64,000 bases of DNA, from positions 672,001 through 736,000 of the forward strand of contig OZ244065.1 in the NCBI GenBank assembly GCA_965215505.1, given 5' to 3'. Below the pieces are notes generated by a model, which had not been told where the DNA came from, did no database searches, and worked only from the letters and a program-made list of their open reading frames with translations. The stretch's first letter is position 1. Each line of letters starts with the position of its first letter. Positions 39,172 to 48,747 of this stretch are shown one piece after another. Both the position numbers and the translations under genes were made by a program. Source of the DNA: Capsulimonadaceae bacterium. Lineage in GTDB: Bacteria; Armatimonadota; Armatimonadia; Armatimonadales; Capsulimonadaceae.

Positions 39172-40338
39172 TTACACCTTGTAGAGATGCGAAGACCGGT
39201 CGGCCTGGCGGAGCGACTCGCCGATGGAGCCGAGCACCTGCCCGTTGATTGGGGCGGCGATGACGATGCCCAGGGCGTCCCGGTGCAGGCGCTCCAGGCC
39301 GTTCTCGCGCAGATACCCGGCCTTGCCGGCGATGGCGATGGCGTCGGTGGTCATCTGCAAGGCGCTCTCCGAAAGGAACAGCTTGGCGGTCATCGTCGCC
39401 GACTCGACCGGGGGGCGCGAATCGGCGGGGATCGAAGCCATCTGAGCCAGCGCGTAAACGTGGGTCCGCATGACGCTCAGGAGGGAGGCGAGCTGCGAGA
39501 CGCGGACGCGGACGCTCTCGTACTTTTCAAACGAGTTGTTCGCCTTGACGATGTCCAGCAGCCGCCCGAACGTGCCCAGCGCAATGCCGGTGGCGACGAT
39601 GCCCGAGTGCAGGCCGGATTGCATGTCCAGGTTGATGATCGGGCCGATCTTGCCCGGCTCCCCCACCCGCTCCGAGTCGGGGACCAGGGCGTTGTCCAGG
39701 CCGACGACGCCGCTGTGGGTCCCTTGAAGCCCCATCGAGTCCATCGGCTCGCCGATCCGCAGGCCGGGGTTGTCGGCGGGGACCAGGAAGAAGCCCTTGC
39801 CCTCGGTCGTGTCCGTCATCACCATGTAGACGGCGGCGTGGCCCGCGCCGGTGCAGAACGCCTTCTGGCCGCTCAGGTGCCACACGCCGTCCTCGCGGTA
39901 GGCCTTGGTGTTCAGGACGCTCTTGTCCGCCCCCACGCCGCTCTCGGACCAGGCGGAAGCGCCCAGGGCCTCGCACGAGATCTGTGGCAGGTAACGGCGC
40001 TTCTGCGCCTCGGTGCCCGCCCCGGCGATGCGGTTGGCGGTGAGGGTGTGGAGCAGGAGGACGAAGGCGGTGGCGGGCGCGACGCGGGCGATCTGCTCGA
40101 CGGCATAGGTGACGTTGAGCGTGTCCAGCCCCAGCCCGCCGTACTGCGGCGGCGTCTTCATGCCGAGCAGGCCCAGGGCAGCGATGCGCCGGATGTTGGC
40201 CTCGGGGAACTCGCCCTCGTTGGGCCGGGCCTCCGAGGTGTGAACGGTCAGCTCGCCGCCGATGAGCCGCTGGACGGCGTCGCCGATTTTGATGCCGGGG
40301 TATAAATCCCGTGGGTCTTGATCCCAGGTCAGAACCAT
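39172..40338 (-). CDS. acyl-CoA dehydrogenase family flavoprotein
   Basis: PPQYGGLGL, EQIAR, GTEAQKRRYLP, LSGQKAFCT, GKAGY..LERLHRDA. Confidence 0.88.
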   Translation of the reverse strand: MVLTWDQDPRDLYPGIKIGDAVQRLIGGELTVHTSEARPNEGEFPEANIRRIAALGLLGMKTPPQYGGLGLDTLNVTYAVEQIARVAPATAFVLLLHTLTANRIAGAGTEAQKRRYLPQISCEALGASAWSESGVGADKSVLNTKAYREDGVWHLSGQKAFCTGAGHAAVYMVMTDTTEGKGFFLVPADNPGLRIGEPMDSMGLQGTHSGVVGLDNALVPDSERVGEPGKIGPIINLDMQSGLHSGIVATGIALGTFGRLLDIVKANNSFEKYESVRVRVSQLASLLSVMRTHVYALAQMASIPADSRPPVESATMTAKLFLSESALQMTTDAIAIAGKAGYLRENGLERLHRDALGIVIAAPINGQVLGSIGESLRQADRSSHLYKV

Positions 40339-40364
40339 GAGTGGGTAGTCCCTTTCTGCCCCTC

Positions 40365-40394
40365 AGTATAGCCGATTGGTGGGGCGGGTGTCAA
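40365..40394 (-). promoter_or_regulatory. sigma70-type promoter for the acyl-CoA dehydrogenase gene
   Basis: TTGACA-N18-TATACT, minus strand. Confidence 0.65.
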
Positions 40395-40443
40395 CGCAGT
40401 ACGCCGTGCCGAGGCGGCAGCATCTTGGGATACGACATTGCTG

Positions 40444-40470
40444 TAAACATCCGAAACTATTGACCGATAA
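40444..40470 (+). promoter_or_regulatory. sigma28 (FliA/SigD)-type promoter
   Basis: TAAA-N15-ACCGATAA, ending 43 bp before the HD-GYP ATG. Confidence 0.7.
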
Positions 40471-40513
40471 TTTGGGTTGACTCGGTGAATGTGGAAGTTA
40501 GACAGGACCAGCG

Positions 40514-42919
40514 ATGCAAGCCCCCCTGCCCGCGGATGAAGAGGCGCGGCTCCAAGCCCTAAAGGATTATCAGATATTAGACACCGGGCGGGAAGCCGAG
40601 TTCGACGACTTCACCGCCCTCGCCGCGCACATCTGTGGGACGCCGATCGCCCTCATCAGCCTGACAGACGCGGACCGGCAGTGGTTCAAATCGAAGACGG
40701 GGATAGACGCCGACGGGATTCTGCGCGATCAGGCCTTCTGCGCGCACACGATCCGCCAGCCGGGCGTCTTCACGGTCCCCGACGCTCAGGCAGACGCAAG
40801 GTTCGCCGACAACCCGCTCGTCACGGGGGAGATGAACGTCCGCTTCTACGCGGGTGCCCCGCTGATCAACGGGGACGGCCACGCCTTGGGGGCGCTGTGC
40901 GTCATTGACCACAGCCCGCGCGTCCTGACGGCGGACCAGGAGCGGGCGCTTCAGGCGCTCTCCCGCCAAGTCATCGCGCGCCTGGAGCTGCGCCGCCAGC
41001 TCGCCGAACGCCGGCAGGCGGAGCGGGAGCTGCGCTCGAGTGAGGCGATCAAGGCCACGATCCTCCAGTCGGCCCTGGACTGCATCATCACCGTGGATCA
41101 GGATGGGCGGGTCCTGGAATGGAACCCCACTTCGGAGGCGACGTTCGGCTACCGCCGGGAGGACGCCGTCGGGCGCGATCTGGCGGAGCTGATCGTCCCG
41201 CCCGCCCTCCGGGCGGTTCACCGCCGGGGCATGGCGCACTTCATGGACACCAGCGAAGGGCCTGTTCTCAACAAGCGCATCGAGATCAGCGCGGTGCGGT
41301 CGGACGGCACCGAGTTCCCGGTCGAGCTGGCGATCACCCCGATCTCATTGGAAGGCGGAACCCTGTTCACCGCCACCCTGCGTGACATCAGCGGACGCAG
41401 GCAGGCCGAGCAGGCGCTCCGGGAAGCACGCGACGAGATGGAGGCGCGGGTGGGGCAGCGCACGGCGGCGCTGGCCGAGGCGAACCGGGCGCTGACGGCG
41501 GAGGCCGCCGAGCGCCAGCGGGTGCAGGAGCAGCTCGCCCACGCGCTCCAGGAGCGCGAGAACATCATGGAGACCGTTCCGGACATCCTGTTCCGGCTGG
41601 ACCTCGGCGGCCGGCTCGTGTGGTGGAACCGTAAGATGGAGGTCATCACGGGCCTCGCTCCCGAAGAACTGCAAGACAAGCCGAGCGTCGAGCTGTTCCC
41701 CGTTGCCGAGCAAGAAAGCATCGCGCGGGCAATCGGCGAGGCGTTCCAGAACGGCTATGCCGAGGTCGAGGGGCATCTCTTCTCGCGTTCGGGTGCCTCA
41801 GTTCTGCACCAGTTCCAGGGCGTCCCCCTGCGGGGTACGGGCGGGCAGATCATCGGCCTGACCGGGACGGGCAGGGACATCACCGAGAGCCGCGTCCAGC
41901 AGGCGGCGCTCGCCGAGAGTGAGCAGCGCTACCGCTCCCTGGTGGAATACTCGCCGGAAGGGATCGTGGTCTACTCCGACAGCCGGCTGGTGTATCTGAA
42001 TGCAGCCGCTCTGAAGCTCTTCCGGGCCGAGACGCCGGACCAGCTCCTCAGCCAGCCCATCCTGGACCGGGTTCACCCGGACTGGCGCGATGAGGCCCGC
42101 CTGCGGGCGCAGGCCAGCCAGGCTCAGGGACAGCCAAGCCGCCTGGCCGAGTTCAAGTATCTGCGGATGGACGGGAGCGCCGTGGATGTCGAGGCGGTCA
42201 GCACCCCCATCCTGTTCGAGGGCCGGCCCGCCGGCCAGGTGCTGATCCGCGACATCACCGGGCGCAAGCGGGCCGAGCAGGAGATCTACGACCTCCACGC
42301 CGAGGTGACGCTGGCCTATGACCAGACATTGAACGCCTATGATGCCACGATCGAGGGCTGGTCGCGCGCCCTGGACTATCGCGACCACGAGACCGAGGGC
42401 CACTCCCGGCGCCTCACCGAGCTGACCCTGCGGCTGGCCCGCGCCCTCGGTGTGGGGGAAAGGGACTTGGTCCATGTGCGCCGTGGGGCATTGCTGCACG
42501 ACATCGGCAAAATGGGCGTCCCCGACCGCGTCCTGCTCAAGCCCGGACCGCTCGACGACGGGGAGTGGGAGCTGATGCGCCGCCACCCCGCCCTCGCCCA
42601 CGAGATGCTGGCCCCAGTCGCCTTCCTGCGCCCCGCCCTGGACATCCCCTACTGCCACCACGAGAAGTGGGACGGGACCGGCTACCCACGGTGCCTGCGC
42701 GGCGAGCAGATCCCGCTGGCCGCCCGCCTGTTCGCAGTTGTGGACGTGTGGGACGCCCTGCGCTCGGACCGCCCATACCGCCGGGCGTGGGAGCGCGAGC
42801 GCGTCCTCGACCACATCAGTAGCCAGTCCGGGACGCACTTCGACCCGCAGGTGGTCGCCGCCTTCCTGGCTCTGATGGCCGAGCGCGATCAACGTCCAGC
42901 CCTCGCAGTGGCCGCCTGA
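40514..42919 (+). CDS. GAF-PAS-PAS-PAS-HD-GYP cyclic di-GMP phosphodiesterase
   Basis: EEARLQAL..FCAH..RFYAGAPL GAF; three PAS/PAC; HDIGK; HHEKWDGTGYP; DVWDALRSDRPYR; HFDP. Confidence 0.93.
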   Translation: MQAPLPADEEARLQALKDYQILDTGREAEFDDFTALAAHICGTPIALISLTDADRQWFKSKTGIDADGILRDQAFCAHTIRQPGVFTVPDAQADARFADNPLVTGEMNVRFYAGAPLINGDGHALGALCVIDHSPRVLTADQERALQALSRQVIARLELRRQLAERRQAERELRSSEAIKATILQSALDCIITVDQDGRVLEWNPTSEATFGYRREDAVGRDLAELIVPPALRAVHRRGMAHFMDTSEGPVLNKRIEISAVRSDGTEFPVELAITPISLEGGTLFTATLRDISGRRQAEQALREARDEMEARVGQRTAALAEANRALTAEAAERQRVQEQLAHALQERENIMETVPDILFRLDLGGRLVWWNRKMEVITGLAPEELQDKPSVELFPVAEQESIARAIGEAFQNGYAEVEGHLFSRSGASVLHQFQGVPLRGTGGQIIGLTGTGRDITESRVQQAALAESEQRYRSLVEYSPEGIVVYSDSRLVYLNAAALKLFRAETPDQLLSQPILDRVHPDWRDEARLRAQASQAQGQPSRLAEFKYLRMDGSAVDVEAVSTPILFEGRPAGQVLIRDITGRKRAEQEIYDLHAEVTLAYDQTLNAYDATIEGWSRALDYRDHETEGHSRRLTELTLRLARALGVGERDLVHVRRGALLHDIGKMGVPDRVLLKPGPLDDGEWELMRRHPALAHEMLAPVAFLRPALDIPYCHHEKWDGTGYPRCLRGEQIPLAARLFAVVDVWDALRSDRPYRRAWERERVLDHISSQSGTHFDPQVVAAFLALMAERDQRPALAVAA

Positions 42920-42935
42920 AGTTGTGCCAGCCGAC

Positions 42936-42962
42936 TAAAGTTGTCGTGGGAACTGCCGATAC
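42936..42962 (+). promoter_or_regulatory. sigma28 (FliA/SigD)-type promoter, probably leaderless
   Basis: TAAA-N15-GCCGATAC; ATG lies 7 nt downstream and there is no SD. Confidence 0.7.
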
Positions 42963-42969
42963 TCTGACC

Positions 42970-43599
42970 ATGAATCGCATGGGGTTAGCCTCTCTCACAG
43001 TGTTCTGGCTGTGCGCCGTGGGATGGGGGATGACGCGCCTGTCCGGATTTGAGCAGGCGGCGGGAGCGGCGGGGCGGCCACCGGCCCGTTGGCCGCTCGG
43101 CAGCGCGGCGGCGCTGGATGCGACGCGGCCGACCCTGGTCATGCTGGCACATCCCCGCTGCCCCTGTACGCGGGCGAGCATCGCCGAGTTGAATCGCTTG
43201 ATGGCGCTCTGCCCCCAACGCGCTTCGGTCGTCGTCCTGTTCTTGGAGCCGCACGGTTGTTCCAGGGGGTGGGAGCGGACCGACCTGTGGGATGCGGCAG
43301 CCGCCATCCCCGGCGTCCGGGTGGCGGCGGACCGAGACGGAGAAGCGGCGCGACATCTGGGGGCGACGACATCGGGCGACACCTTGCTGTACTCGTCGGC
43401 CGGGCGTCTGCTGTATCAGGGCGGGCTGACAGGCGGCAGGGGACATGAGGGCGACAACGCGGGGCTGGATTCCCTGGCCGCCCTCCTGAGTGGGGGAAAG
43501 CCCCAGGCCGCAGGGACGCCCGTTTATGGCTGTCCCTTGACCCCGGACCGGTCTCCACAATCGTCGCCGGGGGGAGCAAGCGCCGCATGTCGCCGGTAG
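42970..43599 (+). CDS. RedB-like membrane-anchored thioredoxin-fold protein
   Basis: N-terminal TM; LVMLAHPRCPCTRASIAEL; GATTSG; GGLTGGRGHEGDNAG; PVYGCPL. Confidence 0.7.
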   Translation: MNRMGLASLTVFWLCAVGWGMTRLSGFEQAAGAAGRPPARWPLGSAAALDATRPTLVMLAHPRCPCTRASIAELNRLMALCPQRASVVVLFLEPHGCSRGWERTDLWDAAAAIPGVRVAADRDGEAARHLGATTSGDTLLYSSAGRLLYQGGLTGGRGHEGDNAGLDSLAALLSGGKPQAAGTPVYGCPLTPDRSPQSSPGGASAACRR

Positions 43600-45692
43600 C
43601 CCCGTCACTCCAGACTGAGGAAGTCCGCTGCCGGGCCGCCGCCGTCTTCACAGACCACCAGCAGAACATCTACCGCCGCACGGACCGCCTGTTCGCCGGG
43701 CTGATGGCTCTGCAATGGATCGGAGCCGTGGCGGCGGCGTGCTGGCTGTCGCCACGCACCTGGGCGGGTACGACAAGCCAGGTCCACCCGCACGTCTGGG
43801 CGGCCCTGCTGCTGGGCGGCCTCATCAGCCTCTTTCCCATCGCACTAGCCCTGGCAATGCCGGGGCGGGTCCTGACGCGCCAAGTGATCGCCGCTTCACA
43901 GCTCCTGATGTCTTCACTCCTGATCCATGTGACCGGCGGGCGCGTGGAAACGCATTTCCACGTCTTCGGGTCACTCGCGTTCCTCGCGTTCTACCGCGAC
44001 TGGCGCGTCCTCGTCACCGCAACGCTCGTCACGGCCTCGGACCACTTGGTGCGCGGGCTGTACTGGCCTCAGTCCCTCTATGGGGCCGCCACCGCCTCGC
44101 TCTGGCGCACGGCGGAACACGCCGGCTGGGTCGCCTTTGAAGACGTGTTCCTTTTGATCTCCTGCCGCCAGAGCGTCCGGGAGTTGCACGAGATCAGTCT
44201 GCGGCAGGCCCAGATGCAGATCGCCGAAGGCCTCCTGATCCGGTCGCATGACGACCTGGAACGGCGGGTCGCGGAGCGCACCGAGGCACTGGAACGGATG
44301 CGCCGGCAAAACGCGATGCTGCTGGCTTCGGCGGGCGAGGGCATTTACGGAGTGGACTGCGAGGGGCGCACCACCTTCGTCAACCCCGCCGCCGCGCGTC
44401 TGCTCGGTTGGGACGCCGCCGACCTCCTCGGCAGGCCGATGCACCCCCTGCTCCACCACACGCACCCGGACGGATCGCCATTCCTGCGCGAGACCTGCCC
44501 CATCCATTCCTCGCTCCGGAGCGGCGAGGTTCATCATGTAGACGATGAGATCTTCTGGCGTCAGGACGGCACGAGCTTTGCCGTCGAGTACATCAGCACG
44601 CCGCTGCGCGAGGACGGGCGGATCATGGGCGCGGTGGTCACGTTCCAGGATATCACCGAGCGCAAGCGGGAGCAGGCGGCCCTCGCCGAGAGCGAGCAGC
44701 GCTACCGCTCTCTCGTGGATCATTCGCCCGAGGGGATCGTGGTCTACCGCGACGACCGCCTGGCGTACCTCAACGGGGCGGCCCTGCGGCTCTTCGGGGC
44801 CGAGAGTCAGGAGCAGCTTCTGGGCCGGCCCTTCCTGGGCCTGGTCCACCCCGTCTGGCACGACGAAGTCACCCGGCGCATGCGCCTCACCCAATGCGAG
44901 GGGCGTGGCAGCAGCCTGGCCGAGTTCAAGTATCTGCGGATGGACGGGAGCGCCGTGGATGTCGAGGCGGTCAGCACCCCCATCCTGTTCGAGGGCCGGC
45001 CCGCCGGCCAGGTGCTGATCCGCGACATCACCGGGCGCAAGCGGGCCGAGCAGGAGATCTACGACCTCCACGCCGAGGTGACGCTGGCCTATGACCAGAC
45101 ATTGAACGCCTATGATGCCACGATCGAGGGGCTGTCACGGGCCTTGGATTACCGGGACCGGGAGACACGGGGCCACTCGGAGCGCGTCACGCGCATCGCC
45201 CTGGAACTGTCACAGGCGATGGGCTTGGGGGCGGACGAGCTGGTCCATGTGCGCCGTGGGGCGCTGCTGCACGACATCGGCAAGATGGCCGTCCCCGACT
45301 CCATCCTGCACAAGCCCGGACCACTGACGGAGGAGGAGCGGGAGGTCATGTGCCGGCACACGGGGTACGCCCACGAGATGCTCTCCCCGATCGCCTTCCT
45401 GCGCCCCGCCCTGGACATCCCCTACTGCCACCACGAGAAGTGGGACGGGACGGGCTATCCGCGAGGACTGCAAGGGGAAGCGATCCCGCTCTCGGCCCGC
45501 GTGTTCGCGGTCGTGGACGTGTGGGACGCCCTGCGCTCGGACCGCCCATACCGCAAGGCCTGGGAGCGCGACCGCGTCCTCGATCACGTCCGCAGTCAGT
45601 CCGGGACGCACTTCGACCCGCAGGTGGTGGCAGCATTTCTGGCCCTCATGGCCACGGAGGAGGAACACGAACCGCTCGCGCTGGCCGCCTGA
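43587..45692 (+). CDS. membrane sensor-PAS-PAS-HD-GYP phosphodiesterase
   Basis: Multi-TM domain with GGRVETHFHVFGSLAFLAFYRDW; PAS with HH..CPI; HDIGK; HHEKWDGTGYP. Confidence 0.9.
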   Translation: MSPVAPSLQTEEVRCRAAAVFTDHQQNIYRRTDRLFAGLMALQWIGAVAAACWLSPRTWAGTTSQVHPHVWAALLLGGLISLFPIALALAMPGRVLTRQVIAASQLLMSSLLIHVTGGRVETHFHVFGSLAFLAFYRDWRVLVTATLVTASDHLVRGLYWPQSLYGAATASLWRTAEHAGWVAFEDVFLLISCRQSVRELHEISLRQAQMQIAEGLLIRSHDDLERRVAERTEALERMRRQNAMLLASAGEGIYGVDCEGRTTFVNPAAARLLGWDAADLLGRPMHPLLHHTHPDGSPFLRETCPIHSSLRSGEVHHVDDEIFWRQDGTSFAVEYISTPLREDGRIMGAVVTFQDITERKREQAALAESEQRYRSLVDHSPEGIVVYRDDRLAYLNGAALRLFGAESQEQLLGRPFLGLVHPVWHDEVTRRMRLTQCEGRGSSLAEFKYLRMDGSAVDVEAVSTPILFEGRPAGQVLIRDITGRKRAEQEIYDLHAEVTLAYDQTLNAYDATIEGLSRALDYRDRETRGHSERVTRIALELSQAMGLGADELVHVRRGALLHDIGKMAVPDSILHKPGPLTEEEREVMCRHTGYAHEMLSPIAFLRPALDIPYCHHEKWDGTGYPRGLQGEAIPLSARVFAVVDVWDALRSDRPYRKAWERDRVLDHVRSQSGTHFDPQVVAAFLALMATEEEHEPLALAA

Positions 45693-45774
45693 TTCCATAG
45701 GCCGTGCGCCTCCATATGCCGTGCGCCTCGGGTATACTGAGGCCTAGAAACTTCCATCCCCCGGAGTACTTCCC

Positions 45775-47799
45775 ATGACCCTGCCGTTCCGCCCGCCCGC
45801 CGTCCCGCTCGTCACGCACGACCCCTACTTCAGCGCCTGGTCCGTCAGCGACGAGCTGACCGGAACCGAGGTCCGGCACTGGACCGGCACAAACTACGGC
45901 CTGTGCGGCCTGGTCCGCATCGACGGCCAGACTTTCCGATGCATCGGCATGATTCCCCGCGAGGTGGAGGCGATGCCACAGACGGGCCTGGAGGTGACGG
46001 CGACGCGCTCGACCTACGTCTTCGAGGCCGCCGGCGTGCGCCTCACCCTGACCTTCCTGTCGCCGCTCCTGCCGCACGACCTGGAGGTCCTGTCCCGGCC
46101 CGTGACTTACATCACCTGGGAGGCGAGTGCGACCGACGCGCGGACGCACGAGGTTTCGGTCTATTTGCACGTCCAGGGCGAGTGGGCGGTCAACAGCGCC
46201 GACCAGTCCGTCGTCTCCTCCCGCTACCGCCAGCCGGGCATGGACGTCCTGCGGATGGGATCGGCGAAGCAGCCGATCCTGGAGACGGCGGGCGACAACC
46301 TGCGGATTGACTGGGGCTACGTCTATCTCGCCGTGCCACACGAGGCACCTGGTACGGCGGCGCTCCTGGAGGCCGATCCGGGCCGCCGCGCCTTCCGCGA
46401 GACCGGGACACTTCCCGGCGCGGACCTGATCGCCGCCCCGCGCCCCGCCCACGACGGCTGGCCGGTCCTCGCCTGCGCCCTCTCGCTCGGGACGGTCGGG
46501 GACGCACCCGTCTCGCGCCATGTCCTGCTGGCCTACGACGACGTTTTCTCCATCGAGTACTTCTACCGCAAGATCCGCCCTTACTGGCGGAAGGACGGCA
46601 TGGGCATCGCCGAGCTTCTGCTCGCCGCCGAGGACGACTACGAGGCGCTGACGGGGCGGTGCGCCGACTTCGACGCCGAGATCGCCGCCGACCTCACGCA
46701 GGCGGGCGGGGAGAAGTTCGCCGCGCTCTGCGCCCTCGCCTTCCGCCAGTGCATCGCCGCCCACAAGCTGGCCGTGGACTTCGACGGCACCCCGCTGTTC
46801 CTGTCCAAAGAGAATTTTTCGAATGGCTGCATCGCGACCGTAGACGTGACCTACCCGTCCGCGCCCTTCTTCCTGCTCCTGAACCCCGACCTGCTGCGGG
46901 CGATGCTGACGCCAATCCTGGATTACGCGAACACGTCGCGCTGGCGGTTCCCCTTCGCCCCGCACGACCTGGGCACTTACCCGCTCTGCAACGGCCAGGT
47001 CTACGGGGGCGGGGAGCGGTCCGAGGACGACCAGATGCCGGTGGAGGAGTGCGGCAACATGCTGATCCTGCTGACCGCCCTGACCCAGATAGACGGCCAC
47101 ACGCGCTATGCCGAGAAGTACTGGCCCCTGCTGAACAAGTGGGCGGAGTATCTGCGCGACAAGGGCCTGGACCCGGAGAACCAGCTCTGCACCGACGACT
47201 TCGCCGGGCACCTCGCCCACAACGTCAACCTGTCGCTGAAGGCGATCATGGGATTGGGAGGCTTCGCCGCTTTGTGCGAGAAGACGGGCAGGGCCGAGGA
47301 TGCCTCGGCCTACCGCCAGGCGGCGCAGGCGATGGCCGACGAGTGGGTGGGGATGGCCGACGACGGCGACCACTCCCGGCTGGCCTTCGACAAGCCCGGC
47401 ACCTGGAGCCAGAAGTATAATCTGGTTTGGGACACCCTGCTGGGCCTGGGCCTGTTTTCGCCGGAGGTGGCCCGCCGCGAGGTGGCCTTCTACAAAACGA
47501 GGCAGAACGTCTACGGCCTGCCCCTGGACAGCCGCAGCGAGTACACCAAGCTGGACTGGATCGTCTGGACGGCGACCTTGGCCGAGAACCCCGCCGACTT
47601 CGCCGCCCTGACCGAGCCGCTCTATGCCTGGGCCGGAGAAACACCCACCCGCGTGCCTCTGACTGACTGGTATTGGACGACCGACGGAAAGCAGGTCGGC
47701 TTCCAGGCCCGCTCCGTCGTCGGCGGCCTTTACATCCCGCTGCTTAAAGACCCCGCCGTCTGGCGGAAATGGGCCGACCGCGCCAGGCCGAAGGAGTAG
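45775..47799 (+). CDS. GtaA-like glutaminase / DUF4965-DUF5127 glycoside-hydrolase-fold protein
   Basis: RPPAVPLVTHDPYFSAWS, RIDWGY, SKENFSNGCIATVDV, MPVEECGNM, QLCTDDFAG, WSQKYNLVWD, FQARSVVGG. Confidence 0.88.
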   Translation: MTLPFRPPAVPLVTHDPYFSAWSVSDELTGTEVRHWTGTNYGLCGLVRIDGQTFRCIGMIPREVEAMPQTGLEVTATRSTYVFEAAGVRLTLTFLSPLLPHDLEVLSRPVTYITWEASATDARTHEVSVYLHVQGEWAVNSADQSVVSSRYRQPGMDVLRMGSAKQPILETAGDNLRIDWGYVYLAVPHEAPGTAALLEADPGRRAFRETGTLPGADLIAAPRPAHDGWPVLACALSLGTVGDAPVSRHVLLAYDDVFSIEYFYRKIRPYWRKDGMGIAELLLAAEDDYEALTGRCADFDAEIAADLTQAGGEKFAALCALAFRQCIAAHKLAVDFDGTPLFLSKENFSNGCIATVDVTYPSAPFFLLLNPDLLRAMLTPILDYANTSRWRFPFAPHDLGTYPLCNGQVYGGGERSEDDQMPVEECGNMLILLTALTQIDGHTRYAEKYWPLLNKWAEYLRDKGLDPENQLCTDDFAGHLAHNVNLSLKAIMGLGGFAALCEKTGRAEDASAYRQAAQAMADEWVGMADDGDHSRLAFDKPGTWSQKYNLVWDTLLGLGLFSPEVARREVAFYKTRQNVYGLPLDSRSEYTKLDWIVWTATLAENPADFAALTEPLYAWAGETPTRVPLTDWYWTTDGKQVGFQARSVVGGLYIPLLKDPAVWRKWADRARPKE

Positions 47800-47824
47800 C
47801 AGGCGCGGGCGGGAAGAACTGCGG

Positions 47825-48676
47825 TCAGACTTCGCCCTCGAACACTTCCGCCGCCGCGCCGGTCATGTAGACGTGGTTGTCGGCCTCCGACCACTCGATG
47901 TCCAAGTCCCCGCCGGGCAGGTGGACCAGGACGCGGCGGCCCGTCCTGCCGTTCAGGACGCAGGCGACCGTGGCGGCGCTGGCCCCCGTCCCGCAGGCCA
48001 GGGTTTCGCCCGCGCCGCGCTCCCAAACACGGAAGTTGATCTCGCGGTCGGACAGGACTTCAATGAACTCGGTGTTGATGCGGCGCGGGAAGGCGGAGTG
48101 GCTTTCGACCAGGGGGCCGACGGCCTCGATTGGGTAGTTCTTGACGTCGGAGACGAAGGTGACGGCGTGCGGGTTGCCCATGGAGACGGCGGTAACGTAG
48201 ACGGTGCGGTCGCCGAGGTCGAGGGGGAGGTTGACGACCGGCGCGTCGCCTCCGCCCAGGGTGGTGGGGACGTGCGCGGGCACCAGGACGGGTTCGCCCA
48301 TGTCCACGCGGACGGAGGCGGCCTTGCCGTCCGGCCCGGCCAGGATTTGCAGGTGCAGCAGGCCCGCGCCGGTTTCAACGGGGATGGAGGTGTCGCCGCG
48401 CGTCAGGCCCCGGTCGTAGAGGAACTTGGCGAAGCAGCGTATGCCGTTGCCGCACATCTCGGACTCGGAGCCGTCGGGGTTAAACATCCGCATGGCGAAC
48501 GGCGCGGACCGGCCCGGCAGCAGGGCGATGACGCCGTCGCCGCCGACGCCGAACTTCCGGTCACAGAGGAAGATGGCTCGGCCCTGGGCTTCGATGAGGT
48601 TGGCGTCGCCGTTCTGGCCGAGGCAGTTGACCATGACGAAGTCGTTGCCGATGCCGTGCATTTTCGTGAAGTGCAT
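47825..48676 (-). CDS. dapF: diaminopimelate epimerase
   Basis: FTKMHGIGNDF, EMCGNGIRC, SMGNPH, ERGAGETLACGTGA. Confidence 0.97.
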   Translation of the reverse strand: MHFTKMHGIGNDFVMVNCLGQNGDANLIEAQGRAIFLCDRKFGVGGDGVIALLPGRSAPFAMRMFNPDGSESEMCGNGIRCFAKFLYDRGLTRGDTSIPVETGAGLLHLQILAGPDGKAASVRVDMGEPVLVPAHVPTTLGGGDAPVVNLPLDLGDRTVYVTAVSMGNPHAVTFVSDVKNYPIEAVGPLVESHSAFPRRINTEFIEVLSDREINFRVWERGAGETLACGTGASAATVACVLNGRTGRRVLVHLPGGDLDIEWSEADNHVYMTGAAAEVFEGEV

Positions 48677-48706
48677 GAAGAGTCCTTTGGGGAGAGTCGC
48701 GGCCGT

Positions 48707-48731
48707 GTAGGGGCACGATTTATCGCGCCCT
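48707..48731 (+). repeat. single GTAG-REP
   Basis: GTAGGGGCACGATTTATCGCGCCCT between hfq and dapF. Confidence 0.75.
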
Positions 48732-48747
48732 CTTTTTCGGCCCCGGC

